Source of the DNA: Utricularia gibba
Lineage: Eukaryota; Plantae; Magnoliophyta
Length of the DNA: 64,000 nucleotides
Reading direction: 5' to 3'
Assembly (NCBI GenBank): GCA_002189035.1
Contig: NEEC01000019.1
Coordinates: 1-64,000, forward strand
Shown: in pieces, positions 26,901 to 39,678 of the stretch
Layout: every line of letters starts with the position of its first letter
Position numbering within the stretch: the stretch's first letter is position 1
Position numbers and translations under genes: made by a program
Notes under the pieces: model-generated
The model's database searches: none
What the model saw: only the letters and a program-made list of their open reading frames with translations
Told to the model about the DNA's origin: nothing

Positions 26901-28871
26901 TATAGCAAACAGTTGACACCAACCCAACAGCTCCTTGCAGTGTATGAGAAAGAAATGATTGGCCTGGTTTATTCGATCAAGCATTGGAGGCATTACCTAT
27001 GGGGCAGGCACTTTAAGGTTCGAACGGATCATCAGAATTTAAAATTTTTACAACAGCAGAAATTGGTGACGCCATTCCAGCAAAAGTGGTTGGGGAAGCT
27101 GTTAGGTTTTGACTTCGAAATAATATACATACCTGGCTCCAGTAATCAGGCTGCAGGCGCCTTGTGCCAGAGGGATCAAGAGGAAGTGGAGCTGGCTCAA
27201 ATATCGTTACCACAACTTGACCTTCGGACCCAAATAAAAAGGGCACAGGAGATGTCGGCCGCCACTCAAGAACGCAGAAGTCTCATACGTCAGGGGACAG
27301 ATGGAGGTAACTGGAAATTTATCCAAGGAATTCTTTATTTTAAGGATCGGCTTTATGTGCCAGTGGACTCCGAATTACCGAAACATATCATTATTATGAT
27401 TCATGATGCTCATCATGAGGGGTACCCCAAGACACTCCATCGCGTATCTCGTGATTTTTATTGGCAGGGCATGAAGGCACAAATTCAAGAATTTGTAAAA
27501 AGGTGCGATGTGTGTCAAAGGAACAAATCCAAGCAGAGGAAACCGGCTGGCATGTTACAACCTTTGGCTATCCCGAATCAGGTATGGGCCGATGTCTCAA
27601 CGGACTTCGTATAACCTTTAGCGATAAGATATTCACTGGTACATTCTGGAAGGAATTGTTGGGAATGCTAGGTACAAAGCTATGCTATTCGACAGCCTAC
27701 CGTCCTCAATCGAATGGTCAAACCGAGGCTGTCAATAAAATCATGGAAACATACCTAAGATGTTTCACTAGTGACAAGCCTACTCAATGGGCGAACTGGC
27801 TATCTTGGGCCAAATACTCGTACAACACCAGTCTTCAGAGCAGTATCAGTATGATGCCATTTGAAGTGGTGTATGGACGGCCTGTACCTAAGATTATTCC
27901 GTATGAAAAGGGGAATTCCAGGGTATTGGCAGTGGATTTAGAACTCCGAGCCCACGATGCGATCCTACGACTTTGTAGAGAGAGATTGAATCATAGCCAA
28001 CAGTTAATGAAAAGTTATTATGATCACAAGCATCGACATTTGGAGTTTCCAAAAGGAGAGTTAGTTTTATTGAAGGTTCTAGTTAGTTTTAAAAGGAGAA
28101 TATCTGGGGGGACGAAGCTGACCCCAAAAATATTGTGGACCTTACAAGGTGATCAAAAAATAGGACAGTTGGCTTATAAACTGGAGCTGCCGCTTGGAAT
28201 CAAAATCCATCCAGTGTTCCACATCAGCTGCCTAAAGAAATTTTTTGGGGACCCCAAGGCTGTTGTAGTACCTATTCCTGATCAAGAAGAAGAAGAGGAT
28301 CCCATACAGCCGCAGGCGATTCTGAACACGCGTGTGCAGAATGGTAACAAGGAGAATCTGGTGCACTGGAGAGGACTGTCTCCTGCAGATGCCACCTAAG
28401 AGGATCTAGGGACTCTGTTGAATCAATTTCCTGAATTATCTTCTACGTGGACCGACCTAGCGGAAGCGAGGGAGCAACAGGGATGTAGAGCAACAGGGAG
28501 TCGGAGATGTAGAGCAACATCTTCTCAATGCCCCATGAAGGACCTTCTGGTATACAGCCGGAGATGTAGAGCAATAGGGAGCCGTGAAGAAAGGGAGGCT
28601 TAATTAGAAGCCACTGTGCCGTAATATTTTGAGTAGGGTCGTGCCTAAGACGTTATATATGGCTCGACCGCTTTTGTAATGACAGTTTTCGATTTCTAGT
28701 GACCCACTCAGTTCTCGAAGCCCTCTTTGAGAATTTTTTGATTCCTCTTTCCTGTCGTCACGATAGGGAACAGGAAGAAGCACTCCTACCGGCAGCTGAA
28801 TCCTACTGAGTTCCTTGCTGAACGGCCGCGTACTCGCTCCCAAACGACCCTCCAAGAAGAGGCCCCTTACA
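23989..28871 (+). mobile_element. Near-complete Reina-like chromovirus LTR retrotransposon, TSD GCAAG, now non-functional
   Basis: 5' LTR 23989-24344 (TGT...GACA); PBS tggtatcagagc 24348-24359; 3' LTR 28532-28871; GCAAG at 23984-23988 and 28872-28876; 9 LTR-LTR mismatches in about 340 bp by eye. Confidence 0.95.
24380..28450 (+). pseudogene. gag-pol of the Reina-like element (gag, zinc knuckle, protease, RT, RNase H, integrase, chromodomain)
   Basis: LDVPKFN; CFNCDEQFKPGHKC; LVDSGSSH; WRLCIDY; LFDDILVFS; LECDAS; HDAHHEG...CDVC; PQAILNTR...LVHWRGLSPADAT*E; several in-frame stops and an integrase deletion. Confidence 0.93.
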
Positions 28872-29151
28872 GCAAGAAATAGCCTACTCTTCCTTACACT
28901 CTGATTGACAAGAAGGCATAAGGTCACTACCTATCCACTATCGTCAATTGACAAGGAGGAATAGCCTCATGTGATTCCCCCTTTGACAATTAAGAAGACA
29001 AGAGGATTGACGTCAATTAACTTCAAAATTGAATTATGCGCATGTGCTTAGCTGTTGCCAATGACCAATGTCACTACCTGTACACTATCGTGGTAACTTG
29101 GTCACAAACAATTCGCTACTTCCCTCGAACCGGTTGGGTTGAAGTTGGTGC

Positions 29152-30609
29152 TGTTAGTGTATGTGTTCTAGAGACAATCAACTCATTGGAAAATCTTATC
29201 TTTTGATATTTACTTTGAATTGTGATCAAATTTATTTCATTGATAAAATTCTCTACTTGATCTATGTGCTATAGAAATTATGATGAGATCATAATGTGAG
29301 ATTCTTCAAGCATTTATGTTCAACTTAAAAACTCCCTGGCTAGAGTGCTTGTGAAATGAGAATATCACAAATACGGATAAGCTAGCACACATTGAGTTCT
29401 ATAAACTGTTTAGGCAATAGTTCTCACAATTGATGTAATGAGATTACTAGAACCTATGTGTGGGTGTCGATTAGAGAATCGATTCACTGGATAACTCATC
29501 TTCGAGATGCTACTATGGGAAGCTAACCAAGTGTCAGTAGCAAGATCTCGAATATGACAGCCGTGCAAGTAAGCTTAGACTTGAAGTCAACAAAGTTATC
29601 TTGATCTTAAGCTCACATTGTCGCTTATTACTAATGGGAGTCTAACCATGACTTGCCTAGTATGGATGAGTAGAGATGTGACTCCTTAAAGTTGGAGATA
29701 GTTGATTGATCAATAAAGGATTCATCACTCAAGTTAGCGATGAGATCATATCTCAAGTAATTACATCAAAGTCTAATGGTAAGTACTGAGCCCATGGTAA
29801 TGACACTTGAATTGTTTGAGTAGGTCATTGAGTGTTAGTGCTTGAATGCAATTATAAGTTCGATACATCAGCAAGACACACCCATGTTTTGGTATCGAAT
29901 GAGATATAAGTATGATGAAAGCTGTTCATTGCATGGTGGCTGGTCATGGAAAGGCTCAATCAATTCACCTGATTATTCTTTAATCTTGGGGATCATGATA
30001 TGTTGCTAGACATCACTCATGATCGATAATGATGGATTTGATTAATTAAGAGGTAATTAATAAATCCATTATTACGGCCTTGATTGAGGAAGCCTATAGG
30101 GTCACACATAATAGTGGACTCACTCATCGATATAAAATAGAATGACACAATTACATGAGATGTAATTGGTAAAGTGGATAAATCAAATAGAGAGTTATTT
30201 TGAGATTAATATTGATTAAACTCAAAATAAAAGATCTCATATAGATATGATTTGATATGTCACAAAATATCTATCAAAAGATTTAGATATTGAGATCTGC
30301 TCGAAGGTCTTTTGTGTTCTCTGAGACTTATCCACAAGAAGACATTTTTCTCTATTAGCACCTGAGAAATTCGACCAGTATTCAAGAGCCTTGAGAAGGT
30401 TATCGACAGAGTGCTCCACGTGTGGATACGATAGAGGCCGTCTGCTATTGGCGGTTGGTGAACAACGGAGTCATGTGAAAGGTACTTTGAACATCCCTTC
30501 GTCTGATATATACCGTATTCCAAGATCTGTGATTGGGGTTTCTCAAAATTTTTAAAATTCCGTTGTTTTTTAGATATATACCGTAATTTGAACGACTCGA
30601 GAATTCCCA
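29152..30609 (+). mobile_element. Angela-like LTR (copy A), essentially full length
   Basis: Starts TGTTAGTG; 3' part matches the LTR end at 63186-63300; no PBS after it. Confidence 0.8.
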
Positions 30610-30619
30610 TTTATCAGCT

Positions 30620-31500
30620 ATAAAGAAAGCCCCTTATCATCCTCCTTGCATTTATTGCACACTATTCAAGCATTTATGTCAAGTTTTCACTTTGCTATTT
30701 CTATTCGGACACTCAGTCTTAGGTCAGTATCCAAACACTTGGGCCTATGCTGCTGTTTGAGTGCTCACTCTCAGCCTTGTGTGTCCACAGAGTTAACTAT
30801 GCTATCTTCAAGCCAATTCCTAGATACCAGGTAAACTAGAGTCTTTGAGCTCTCTACATATACTAGGCTCGTCACTATTTTCCATGGACACTTAGGACTT
30901 TTTTCCTCTTCCTCAACTACTAAGTCTCTCATGCATGGGTTCTTGCTATGTCATTTGTGATTACTGAACCTTCTTCGAGTTTAACATGCACTTTCTATTC
31001 GAGTTTTCAATAAAAGAAAATATATTTACAGAGAGTCCATGCATAAGTCTTCTACACATGAAGAAAGCTTTCTAACAGACAATTCATACTTAGATATTCT
31101 TTATAAGAAAGTACCTTCTTGAGCAACTCTCATTTGTGTTTTCTATACATCATCAATCATAAAATAAAAGCAAGATCCAGTTCTATCACATACTAGTATT
31201 CCTAGCTCGAAAGAGAAGCCTAGTTTGCTCTCACGCTAAAAGCATTCAGTAAAAAAGTGTTCTTTATCTCTAGTTTGTGTTACTCTTTCCTTATCCTAGA
31301 AGCTCTACTAGGAAAAATCTCATTTGATGTGTTTGGGAGTTATTGGGGAACTCCTTCCTTTGTTGCCAAAAGAAAAATATCCTCTTACACTTTTTTGTCT
31401 AACGTGTAAAGTTGTGTAAGACTTCTTCTTTTTTACTTACAGTCAGCTATCTTGTCTCCTCCCATTCACATTTTTCTTTTGCCACTAGTCATTAAATTTG
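30620..31500 (-). pseudogene. Very degenerate copia RNase H / 3'-end remnant (duplicated at about 46730-47610)
   Basis: Weak similarity to the copia RNase H C-terminus; many stops. Confidence 0.35.
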
Positions 31501-33279
31501 AATGGTTTTTTTCCACTTTTTCCTCATGCTCCCTTGGTCTTAATAGATTATATGTCATATTGATTTTGCAAATAAATTGTTATTGAGTTGATCCTAGCCT
31601 TAATGCAAAAAACTTATGAGAGTGGGCCATAAATTAAATCAATAATTTACTGTATTTTTACAAAAAGATAATGCAAACCATACCAAAATCATATTTCAGC
31701 ATAATTTGACTACTAGTGACTCTAGTTTCTTAACATAAAATCATAATGAATGTGTATTGTCATATTATGCTATGACAACATTAAATTTATCCCTGAATTC
31801 TGATTGAGACTAGCAAAATTCCAACTTCAAACTAAAACATGGTGATACAAATAACTAGTTTTCTTTTAAGATGCATGAAGAAATGGAGTGCTTGGATATG
31901 AAACAATTTACCATTCAAGTACGTATAGTCATTGTTCTCATGAGGAATGATTTCAAGAACTAAAAACATTTAACAATTATAATTTATGTATGATGGTATT
32001 GAGCAAACTCTCTAGCCTCCTTATTTCAATTTGATATCTTCTACTCTTACGAATTGATTAATCTCATCTCAAGCACTCGTCACTATGCCTTCACACTCTC
32101 TTTTACTCTGTGTGGTTTTTTTTTAAAGCAATAGGTCTCATCGTAATTCTTTTAGTGATGCTTTTTTATCCGATTTCTTTTTGTCTATTTTTTTGTTGGT
32201 AATCAATAGCCTAAATACAAACAAAAATATGCCAATTCACATTAATCTGAATTGCACTGCCTAGATTCTAGTAATCATGCTTGCTCTCAGGAAAAAAAAA
32301 TAAAAAAAAATGGTCATTCATTGTTCTCACAAGGTTTCAAACAAAGTTCATGCATCCTAGATATTATTTAAGAGAAAATTTTATTATAGGCAATAAGCTT
32401 ATATCCAATTTTCATTTTTTGTGTCAATTTTTTTTGTTTCATTAAAAGCATTAAACATATAAAAACCATTTCAATTTTAATTGATACCTAAAAAAATAGT
32501 TTTTTATTTCATTGAATCACTAGTACGATCGATTTCATTAAAACCATTAGTGTAGATTTTCAATTAAACATATCAAAATCATTACTAAAGCCATGAAATA
32601 TTTCAAAATGCTCCTTTTTCATCGAAGATTTCCAAATCCCTCCAAAAAACTTAAGAATTATTTCCATGTGTATTCCTTTTGGATTTCAACAACTGGATAT
32701 GCGATTGGAAAAGGGAATTGAAAATATCACACTTTTGCTTAAAAAATTGGATAAGATGTGGGAGTTTTTAAATTAAAATGAGAACAATATTGCATAAATT
32801 AAGAATTGAAATATGTTCCTTCGACTCGTTGCTATCATCCTTCCTTTGTGTTGTGATCCTCTTTCCTCTCCTCTACAGTTACTCCATTCCATGCTCATTT
32901 TCCTTACATTTGTCTAAAATCTACAATTTTCAGCATCTCACTTTCTAGGTCGTTCGGGATTCAGGTATGGAATGATTTTAATCTACAATAGTATGCTTAA
33001 TTACTTAGAAAATTGATCGATGACACTAAACTATTACATAATTACATCACTTTGGGATTGTTAATATCTTATCATACGTTTTCGGAATAAAACTTGCTTA
33101 TATATCAATTAATCATCGTTGTTGCTGTGTAATATTCGTTGTTTTCATATTTTTATTTTGTAGCATCATCAATGGTTTGTTATGTTATTGTGAAAATGAC
33201 TTGTTTGGCTATTTTTTTATCATTTTTAATTAAATATGTTGTCGTTTTATATACTATTTAGCTAGGAATTAATGTTGTT

Positions 33280-34000
33280 TAAATATGCATGAAGTCGCCA
33301 TGCATTGAAATCGGAGAACCTATTATATATAAAATAGAGTAGGTTAAACAGATAGAGGAAGAGTTGGATAGTTTTAGTGATTCCGTACTAAAACTTCATT
33401 TTAAATCCAACTCTAAAGATTGTAACATGGAAGGGGAGGCATACTTTACAAAATCATAGGACATGTACACTAAAGCAATTAAGTGAAGATCATATCATAG
33501 CATGTGGTCCATGCAATGTGAATAAGTCAATCTGATTGGGAAAAACCTTAGTAAAAAAGATTAGAAAAATTCCGAATATAAAAACAGGAAAATTCAAAAA
33601 CAAATTTAGGAGAATCTTTGAACATTTAGAACTAGAAAAGTGCATTTAACATCATTCATGGACATGATGTTGAACAATTTTGCATATTGTCCAGGTACGT
33701 AGCAGAGGTGAAATGAGCTAATCTGGAGAAAGCCTGTTTTATTTGAAGTGTGAATGTTTACCTGGTGGTAAAAAAACATTTAGTAAGATATGTGGTTGCC
33801 TTCAAGCTTGTAGAAAGACTTTTCTAAATTTCTGTAGACAATTGGTAGGGGTAAATCGGTATTTGTCAGTTGTAGTTGAGATTGATGCAAAAAACAACAT
33901 TTTCTATTGCTTGGGATGGGATTGAAGCGGAAAATGATGGAAATTGGACATGGTTCATTAGATTATTGGCAAAAGACATGAAAATCAATTGTAAAAATAC
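33280..34000 (+). pseudogene. Mutator (MuDR/MULE) transposase remnant
   Basis: CLQACRKTFLNFCRQLVG...VEIDAKNNIF and IAWDGIEAENDGNWTWFIRLLAKDM resemble the MULE domain (GIDANNNIFPIAWAVVEAENKESWTWFLELLKEDL). Confidence 0.85.
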
Positions 34001-34329
34001 ATCTAAATTTAAAGAGTATCCGGAAAAATTTTTGAATGTTGTTTTACTTTTGAAAAATAAAAAGTACAAATATAAATTATTTAAAGAAAATAGAAATAGA
34101 AATAATGTGTTTTGAAAAAATTACAGAAATTAATTGAAAACTATTTTTCAAATATGATAATATTCTATAAAAATTATTTTAGACTAGCAAAAATAGTAAT
34201 AAATAATAAATTTCATAGTGAGATAACCATACATAATTAAATAATAAAATTCGACATAATTAACTCATAAATTAAACTCAACTAAACACTCCTAGTATGA
34301 TTTTTCCAAAGTTAATCATGGTTCCTATC

Positions 34330-35480
34330 TCTAATTGTCATAACAGGTTCTTTTAATTCAATAGTATTTTTTTCAACAAGATCATCATCATCACCCTCAA
34401 ACAATGGATTAGGATCTTTGCAGACACTCAACTTAGATCTATCAACTTTGACACTAACTTATGAAGAAAATTATGAATGGCCATATGGCTAAAACTAATC
34501 AAACTGGACAACATGATTTCAGATTGTAAGGCATGTCATTGATTATATGAACATTTTTTTCCAAACTCCGAATACTCTTTCAATAATAGAACGTATTGTT
34601 GAATGCTCATGGTTGAATAACTCTTCTGCTCTATTGTAGCTATGCCTTGCATGTTGCCAATCAAGAAGATGATATCATGTACTTTCTTATTGAAAAAACC
34701 AACATCAACCAGATAATACTTTCTTGCAGATATTCAACTTTAAATAAGAAATAATTGATAAATGTATCTGTATACAAAATATACTGGACAATCAAAGATC
34801 TAGAGGCGGTTTGGGAAAATTGTTTTCGTCATTTCATAGATACTCCATCAACATTCTACTATCATGTCAAGTACCTTTGTAACCAGCAGCAGCAAAGGTG
34901 AAGTATAAATTAAAATCACATACTGGTAGAATATTTTGTATAGAAACACCTTTTGTCCAATATAATGAACTCTTTCATCCTCAAGCACACAAGCTTTTAT
35001 ATGGGTACCATCGATTGCACTCACAAAGCTTTCAAATAAAGATAATATCGAGTTTTGTTCCTAATGTAAGCTGATAACTGTGTGTAATCCCTCATTGGCT
35101 TAATCCATGAATCTAGCATTCAACAACAAGCTTTTAAGACATTATGAAGTAAAGTGCTAATAGTGTCTACACCATGTGCAAAAAACTTCGGTAAGCTTTG
35201 ATTCCCCATTTGAGTTTCAAAAATCTTCAAAAATATAGAAACTTCTTCTTTTACAATAACATGACGTCAATTTTTTAAGTCGTACTCATCAACTAGCACA
35301 CTGTAGAATGTAAGGAACATAGAGGGCTTCATGTGTAAGTCTTGGTAAGCTATGATATCCACCTCATTTAACATTGACAATAATATTGCCCAACCTAATA
35401 CTGAACGATCATGGACAGGTTGTCATACCCAATATTGTTGGTGGTAGCTACCCACAAAACCAAAGAATTCCCTTCTACTA
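34330..35480 (-). pseudogene. PIF/Harbinger transposase remnant
   Basis: Minus strand: DLHMKPSMF...RHVIVKEEVSIFL (about 35230-35345); AIDGTHIKA (about 35000-35020); AGYKGT*HDSRML...FPKPP (about 34800-34890); FGVWKK. Confidence 0.85.
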
Positions 35481-35549
35481 GGAAGCATTGATATCTATAA
35501 TTGACACAATTCCTCATCATTTTCTTCTTTTGTGGAGGATGATGATTGA

Positions 35550-36200
35550 TTCATCATGATTGCTCCCTTTAATTGAGGCCAAGAATTTGATTTAAATAGA
35601 GGGAAATAGAACTCTTGAGAGAGTCGCAAAAACAAGTGATCTGTAATACAAGAAAAAAGTGCATTACTTTGACACGAGAATGACACAAAGTGTATCAATT
35701 TCAGTACTCTTATGGTCCTACAAAATCTCATACTCATTAATGAAAAAGTGAATCACCATAAATGCAATCAGTTTAATTTCACATCCTAAAACTAGTTGCG
35801 GGTGAAGCTCCAAATGAAGCACCATCCAGCCTTGATGAATTGTTCATTATCCATCGCAGGCATGCCTCATCACTTTTGACTATTATAAAAATCTCTCGGT
35901 TTAAACTACTCTTAATCAAATTTATGTGATTTACCTTAGTTCGCCTTTGAGTTCACGCAAATTTTTGGTCATGTCTCTCTTTCTTTTGGGGCGGCTCCAT
36001 ATGATCCATATCATCCAGCCCATAGTTGTTGCATTCTCACCATTAGATTCTTCAAATTCTGAATTGTTCTATTGCCGACCACCATTACGGACAATACATT
36101 CAGGTGCATGCTCAACAATGGGGTCAAATAACTTTTGAAATAGTTTTGCAAACATTGGAGGTGTTTCCTTCAATTTTGCATTAAGAGCATTTTTCTACAT
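35550..36200 (-). pseudogene. Probable PIF/Harbinger ORF1 (Myb/SANT-like partner) remnant
   Basis: Lies upstream of the transposase on the same strand; KLKETPPMFAKLFQKLF and LHFVSFSCQSNALF resemble PIF ORF1 C-terminal regions; weak. Confidence 0.45.
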
Positions 36201-36309
36201 GAAAAAAAAACAATGTCATGTATCAAAAAATAAACAAGCAAATAAAACAAAACAAAAACCACAATAATAACTAGCATCCATTACAAATAAAAACCACCAT
36301 TAATTCTCA

Positions 36310-36900
36310 TCATTGAATGCAAGAAGAGGAGAGATTCTTGAAAAGTTGTGGAGTTTGGTATATACCATCTAACTCTTACCACCCTCAAACTAATGGGCAA
36401 CCAGAAGTTTATAATAGGGAGATCACGCAAATTTTAGAGAAGATTGTGAATTTCTTTCGGAAAGATTGGAGTTCAAAGTTGAATAACACCTTTTGGGCAG
36501 TTCGCACAGCCTTCAAAACCCCAATTGTTATGTCTCTCTTTCCATTTGTATATGGTAAGCATTGTTATTTGCCCATTGAATTAGAACTGTGGTCAGATGA
36601 GGAATTTAGAGACTGAACTTGGGGATCAAAGCCAATGGTTATTTGCGGAAGGTAAACCTTCCAAGCTTGATGAATTATGGCATGATGCCTACATGAATTC
36701 TAAGATCTTCAAGGAACACACAAAGCAATTCTGTGATTGCTAGATTTTGTGGAAGAATTTTGAGCCTAGCTAGAAGGTATTGTTGTTTCTATCAAAACTC
36801 AAATTCTGCCTAAGTTCACAGGTTGAAAACATTTCATGAGTTGATAGCCAATAAACTGGGTCACCCTATGGATGCTGTGATATTCATGGAAATTTCTCTA
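36310..36900 (+). pseudogene. Athila-type integrase remnant
   Basis: YHPQTNGQPEVYNREITQILEKIV...DWSSKL...WAVRTAFKTPI...YGKHCYLPIELE. Confidence 0.85.
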
Positions 36901-38204
36901 TAAGTCACTTTGCACTCAAGTCTTACCCTAATATTTATTCTAGGGTCCTGATTGGAATGTAACCAACATTCATTTTTTTGTTTTATTTGTGCAATTTTAT
37001 TTTGTTTCTCCTATTTCTCTTTGTGCATTTTACTTTCTACAAAGTTGCAATTTGTCAATTTCTCTATCTCCTACACACTTGTTGGACTCATTCAAAACTG
37101 TTTCTTCTCATCATATGGATTGCATGATGTTGTGTTTTATTTTGATGTTTGTATACTTCCGTTTTAGTAAAAATAGTGCATAAATACTTGAATTAGGAGG
37201 GGACATAGGTCGATGCACATGGACTCCAAGTTTGCATGAATGAAACTTGAATTGGCCCAATTTCTCTTTAATCTAATGTTAATGTGGGCCTATTGTTCCT
37301 TGAAGTCTATAAGGGTCCAGTACATTTGGGTTAGGCTACATGAACTAACAGTTTGCTAGATATTACTAGAACAGGGTTAAAAGCAGAATTACATGTCTAT
37401 TGCAGCCCATAAATAGGATATTGACAACTCTAAATATCAGGATATGAGATAGATTGGCATGATCAGATTGCAAGTGTAAAAGGAAAAAAATCAAAAAGCA
37501 AAAGAGGTGATATTGAAGGCCTCCCATGACATGCAACATGAGCAGGTCGGATTGAGTGGAGAGAGGAGAGAGAATTCTGTCACTGGAAGCTATTTTCTTG
37601 CAAGTTTGAACAAGTTTTTAAGGAAAAAGATGAAGGAGGAATAGTTCAAGTGTGATACTGGAACTAATCTCCAACTCCCAAAACCTAGCAATGACAGACA
37701 GCTTTCAGAGTGAACCTTGGGAACCATTCTGTTTGAGAAGAACAAGAGGCACACATGAGAATTCAACTGGAGCAGGAGAAACTTTTTATTTTTTGCCCAA
37801 ACTTTTTTTCTACATTTTTTTCGCAAACTTGGTAGCTGTTGCATTTCCTATTTTTTAATGTTTAACTTGTTTGAATGTCTTCATCAACCTAGCATGCTTT
37901 CTTCATTGTTTCCTTTGTTGTTTAAAACTTGAATTGGAACAGTAACTTGAGAATGGATTAGTCTTTTCTATCATGGTTAACTTTTAGATTAAGTGAAATG
38001 CTTTCTTTTAATTTCAAGAGAATATTGATTTATGCATTTTATTTTCTATATTTTAGTTTAGAAGCCAATTGAAGAATTTCTATAATTCAAATGGAGGAGA
38101 AACCTATGCCCAAACAAAAAATCCTTGTATAGTCCCACTTAAACCTTCAAATAACATCTAAAAAATATTTGCTCTCGATGGATCGATCTATACTTACTAC
38201 TGCT

Positions 38205-39563
38205 TGATAACACACAAATTTTCATGCTTTGTGATATTAAAATCATAACTTTTTAAACATGTGTTAGTTACTTATTTTATATTTTTAAGTATTTTTATAT
38301 GATATAGGGAATGTATGATTTTGTGTACAAATGGGCTAGATCTTTGAATTTAGCCCATTCTATGTTAGTAACGTGTTTTGAGTGTAGCAACAACCTCCAA
38401 AATGCAAGGGAGACAATATGGATTTCGTACAAGCATCAAGTTGCAGATAAAAAGGCAGCATGAAATGAGTGCACTATCACGACGGCAGCCTGCAAGTTAG
38501 GTGCAGGAGCAATAGTTTTGTTAGAGATAGCACTTCCCTTGGAAAATGAGAGGGGAGAAGAAATTTTCTAGAAGAGAGAGAATTGAAAAAGCGGAGAGAG
38601 CTTGGAGAGTTTCAGTAGTGACACAAAGGCGGCTCCTCCAACAACACAAACATCGATCATAAGAGGAGAAGAAGGAGATTCTCGCGAAGAAGACTCCCCA
38701 TCCTCAAGAACACTCCCAAGACCCAATCAGCACTACTGTTCCACGCTATGAACAGTAGCAGACAAAAAACATGACACTTTATTTAGTTTGCTGAAACTTT
38801 AATTTCATTGGTGGTTTGTTTGACAATGAAATCTTACTTTATTTTCCATACATAAGTAGCTATACCTTAGGGATGTCTTAAGGTGTAGGATGGTGATATG
38901 GGGCAAGGGTTAATAATGCAATTGATCTTTGTTTCTTAGTTCTTGTTTCTATCATTTCATGGGTAGACTTAAGGGGGGGAAACAAGTAGCTTCACAACTC
39001 AGATGTCTGATTTAGAGGTAGACCAAAAAATCAAAGTGGGAGTAGTAGGTATTAGTCCATGGTAGAACCATTAGAACTAAGTAGACCTAGTTCTATATAC
39101 TGTGCATGCGGGTAGACCCAATTGTGACGTTGGTAATGATATTGGGGACTATATGAGCCGAAAACATGATGAATGACCTGAGTAGACTCAGGTTGTTTGG
39201 AGTAATGAGCATAGGAATAATGTAAATTAAGTTAGTAACCTTAGCATCACGTCACCTACATTACCTTAAAGCATCTTAGTATTACTCAATACTCAGAATC
39301 AGCACTTGTTATTTTCTGCTCTGCATTTTGACCTTACTTCATGAGTTTGTCTATTAGTGTTAGTTCGACCTTATACTAAAAATGAAATCATTTTGTGATT
39401 CTACATAGGCTAGAACACATAGCAAGCATTCGATCCTTGGGATCGACCTCGAAAACCACTATGCATGTTTTCCAAACTTGTATTTTGTGAATAGTAGGGT
39501 TTATAAATTTATTTGATATGAAATTTGATTTTATTACAACGGTATCAAATTTTCCATTTATTA
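38205..39563 (+). mobile_element. Athila-type solo LTR nested in another LTR, TSD CTGCT/CTACT
   Basis: TGATAACAC...CCATTTATTA; flanks 38200-38204 and 39564-39568 differ by one transition; same family as 60582-61998. Confidence 0.8.
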
Positions 39564-39678
39564 CTACTACATTATTTTCTTTGTTTATGAGATGTAACAT
39601 ATTTTTTAATTTATAAATATTTTTTGATGGTGAGCACCTTTAGGTCTTGAAATCTTTAGAATTTTCCATTCGTTAAAA

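Larger units (their letters stand above)
23704..29151 (-). mobile_element. Gypsy LTR fragment (family of 57264-58625) split by the Reina insertion and cut off by an Angela LTR
   Basis: tgttgcgtgtcgttttctcaacaaattttaa resembles tgatgcatgtcgtttccacaacaaattttaa at 57264; 28877-29150 resembles 57615-57850. Confidence 0.65.
29152..33959 (+). repeat. Segmental duplication, copy A (4.8 kb)
   Basis: Identical ORF translations recur at offset 16111-16112 (30237/46349, 30646/46757, 33743/49854); shared sequence ends at tggttcatt. Confidence 0.97.
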
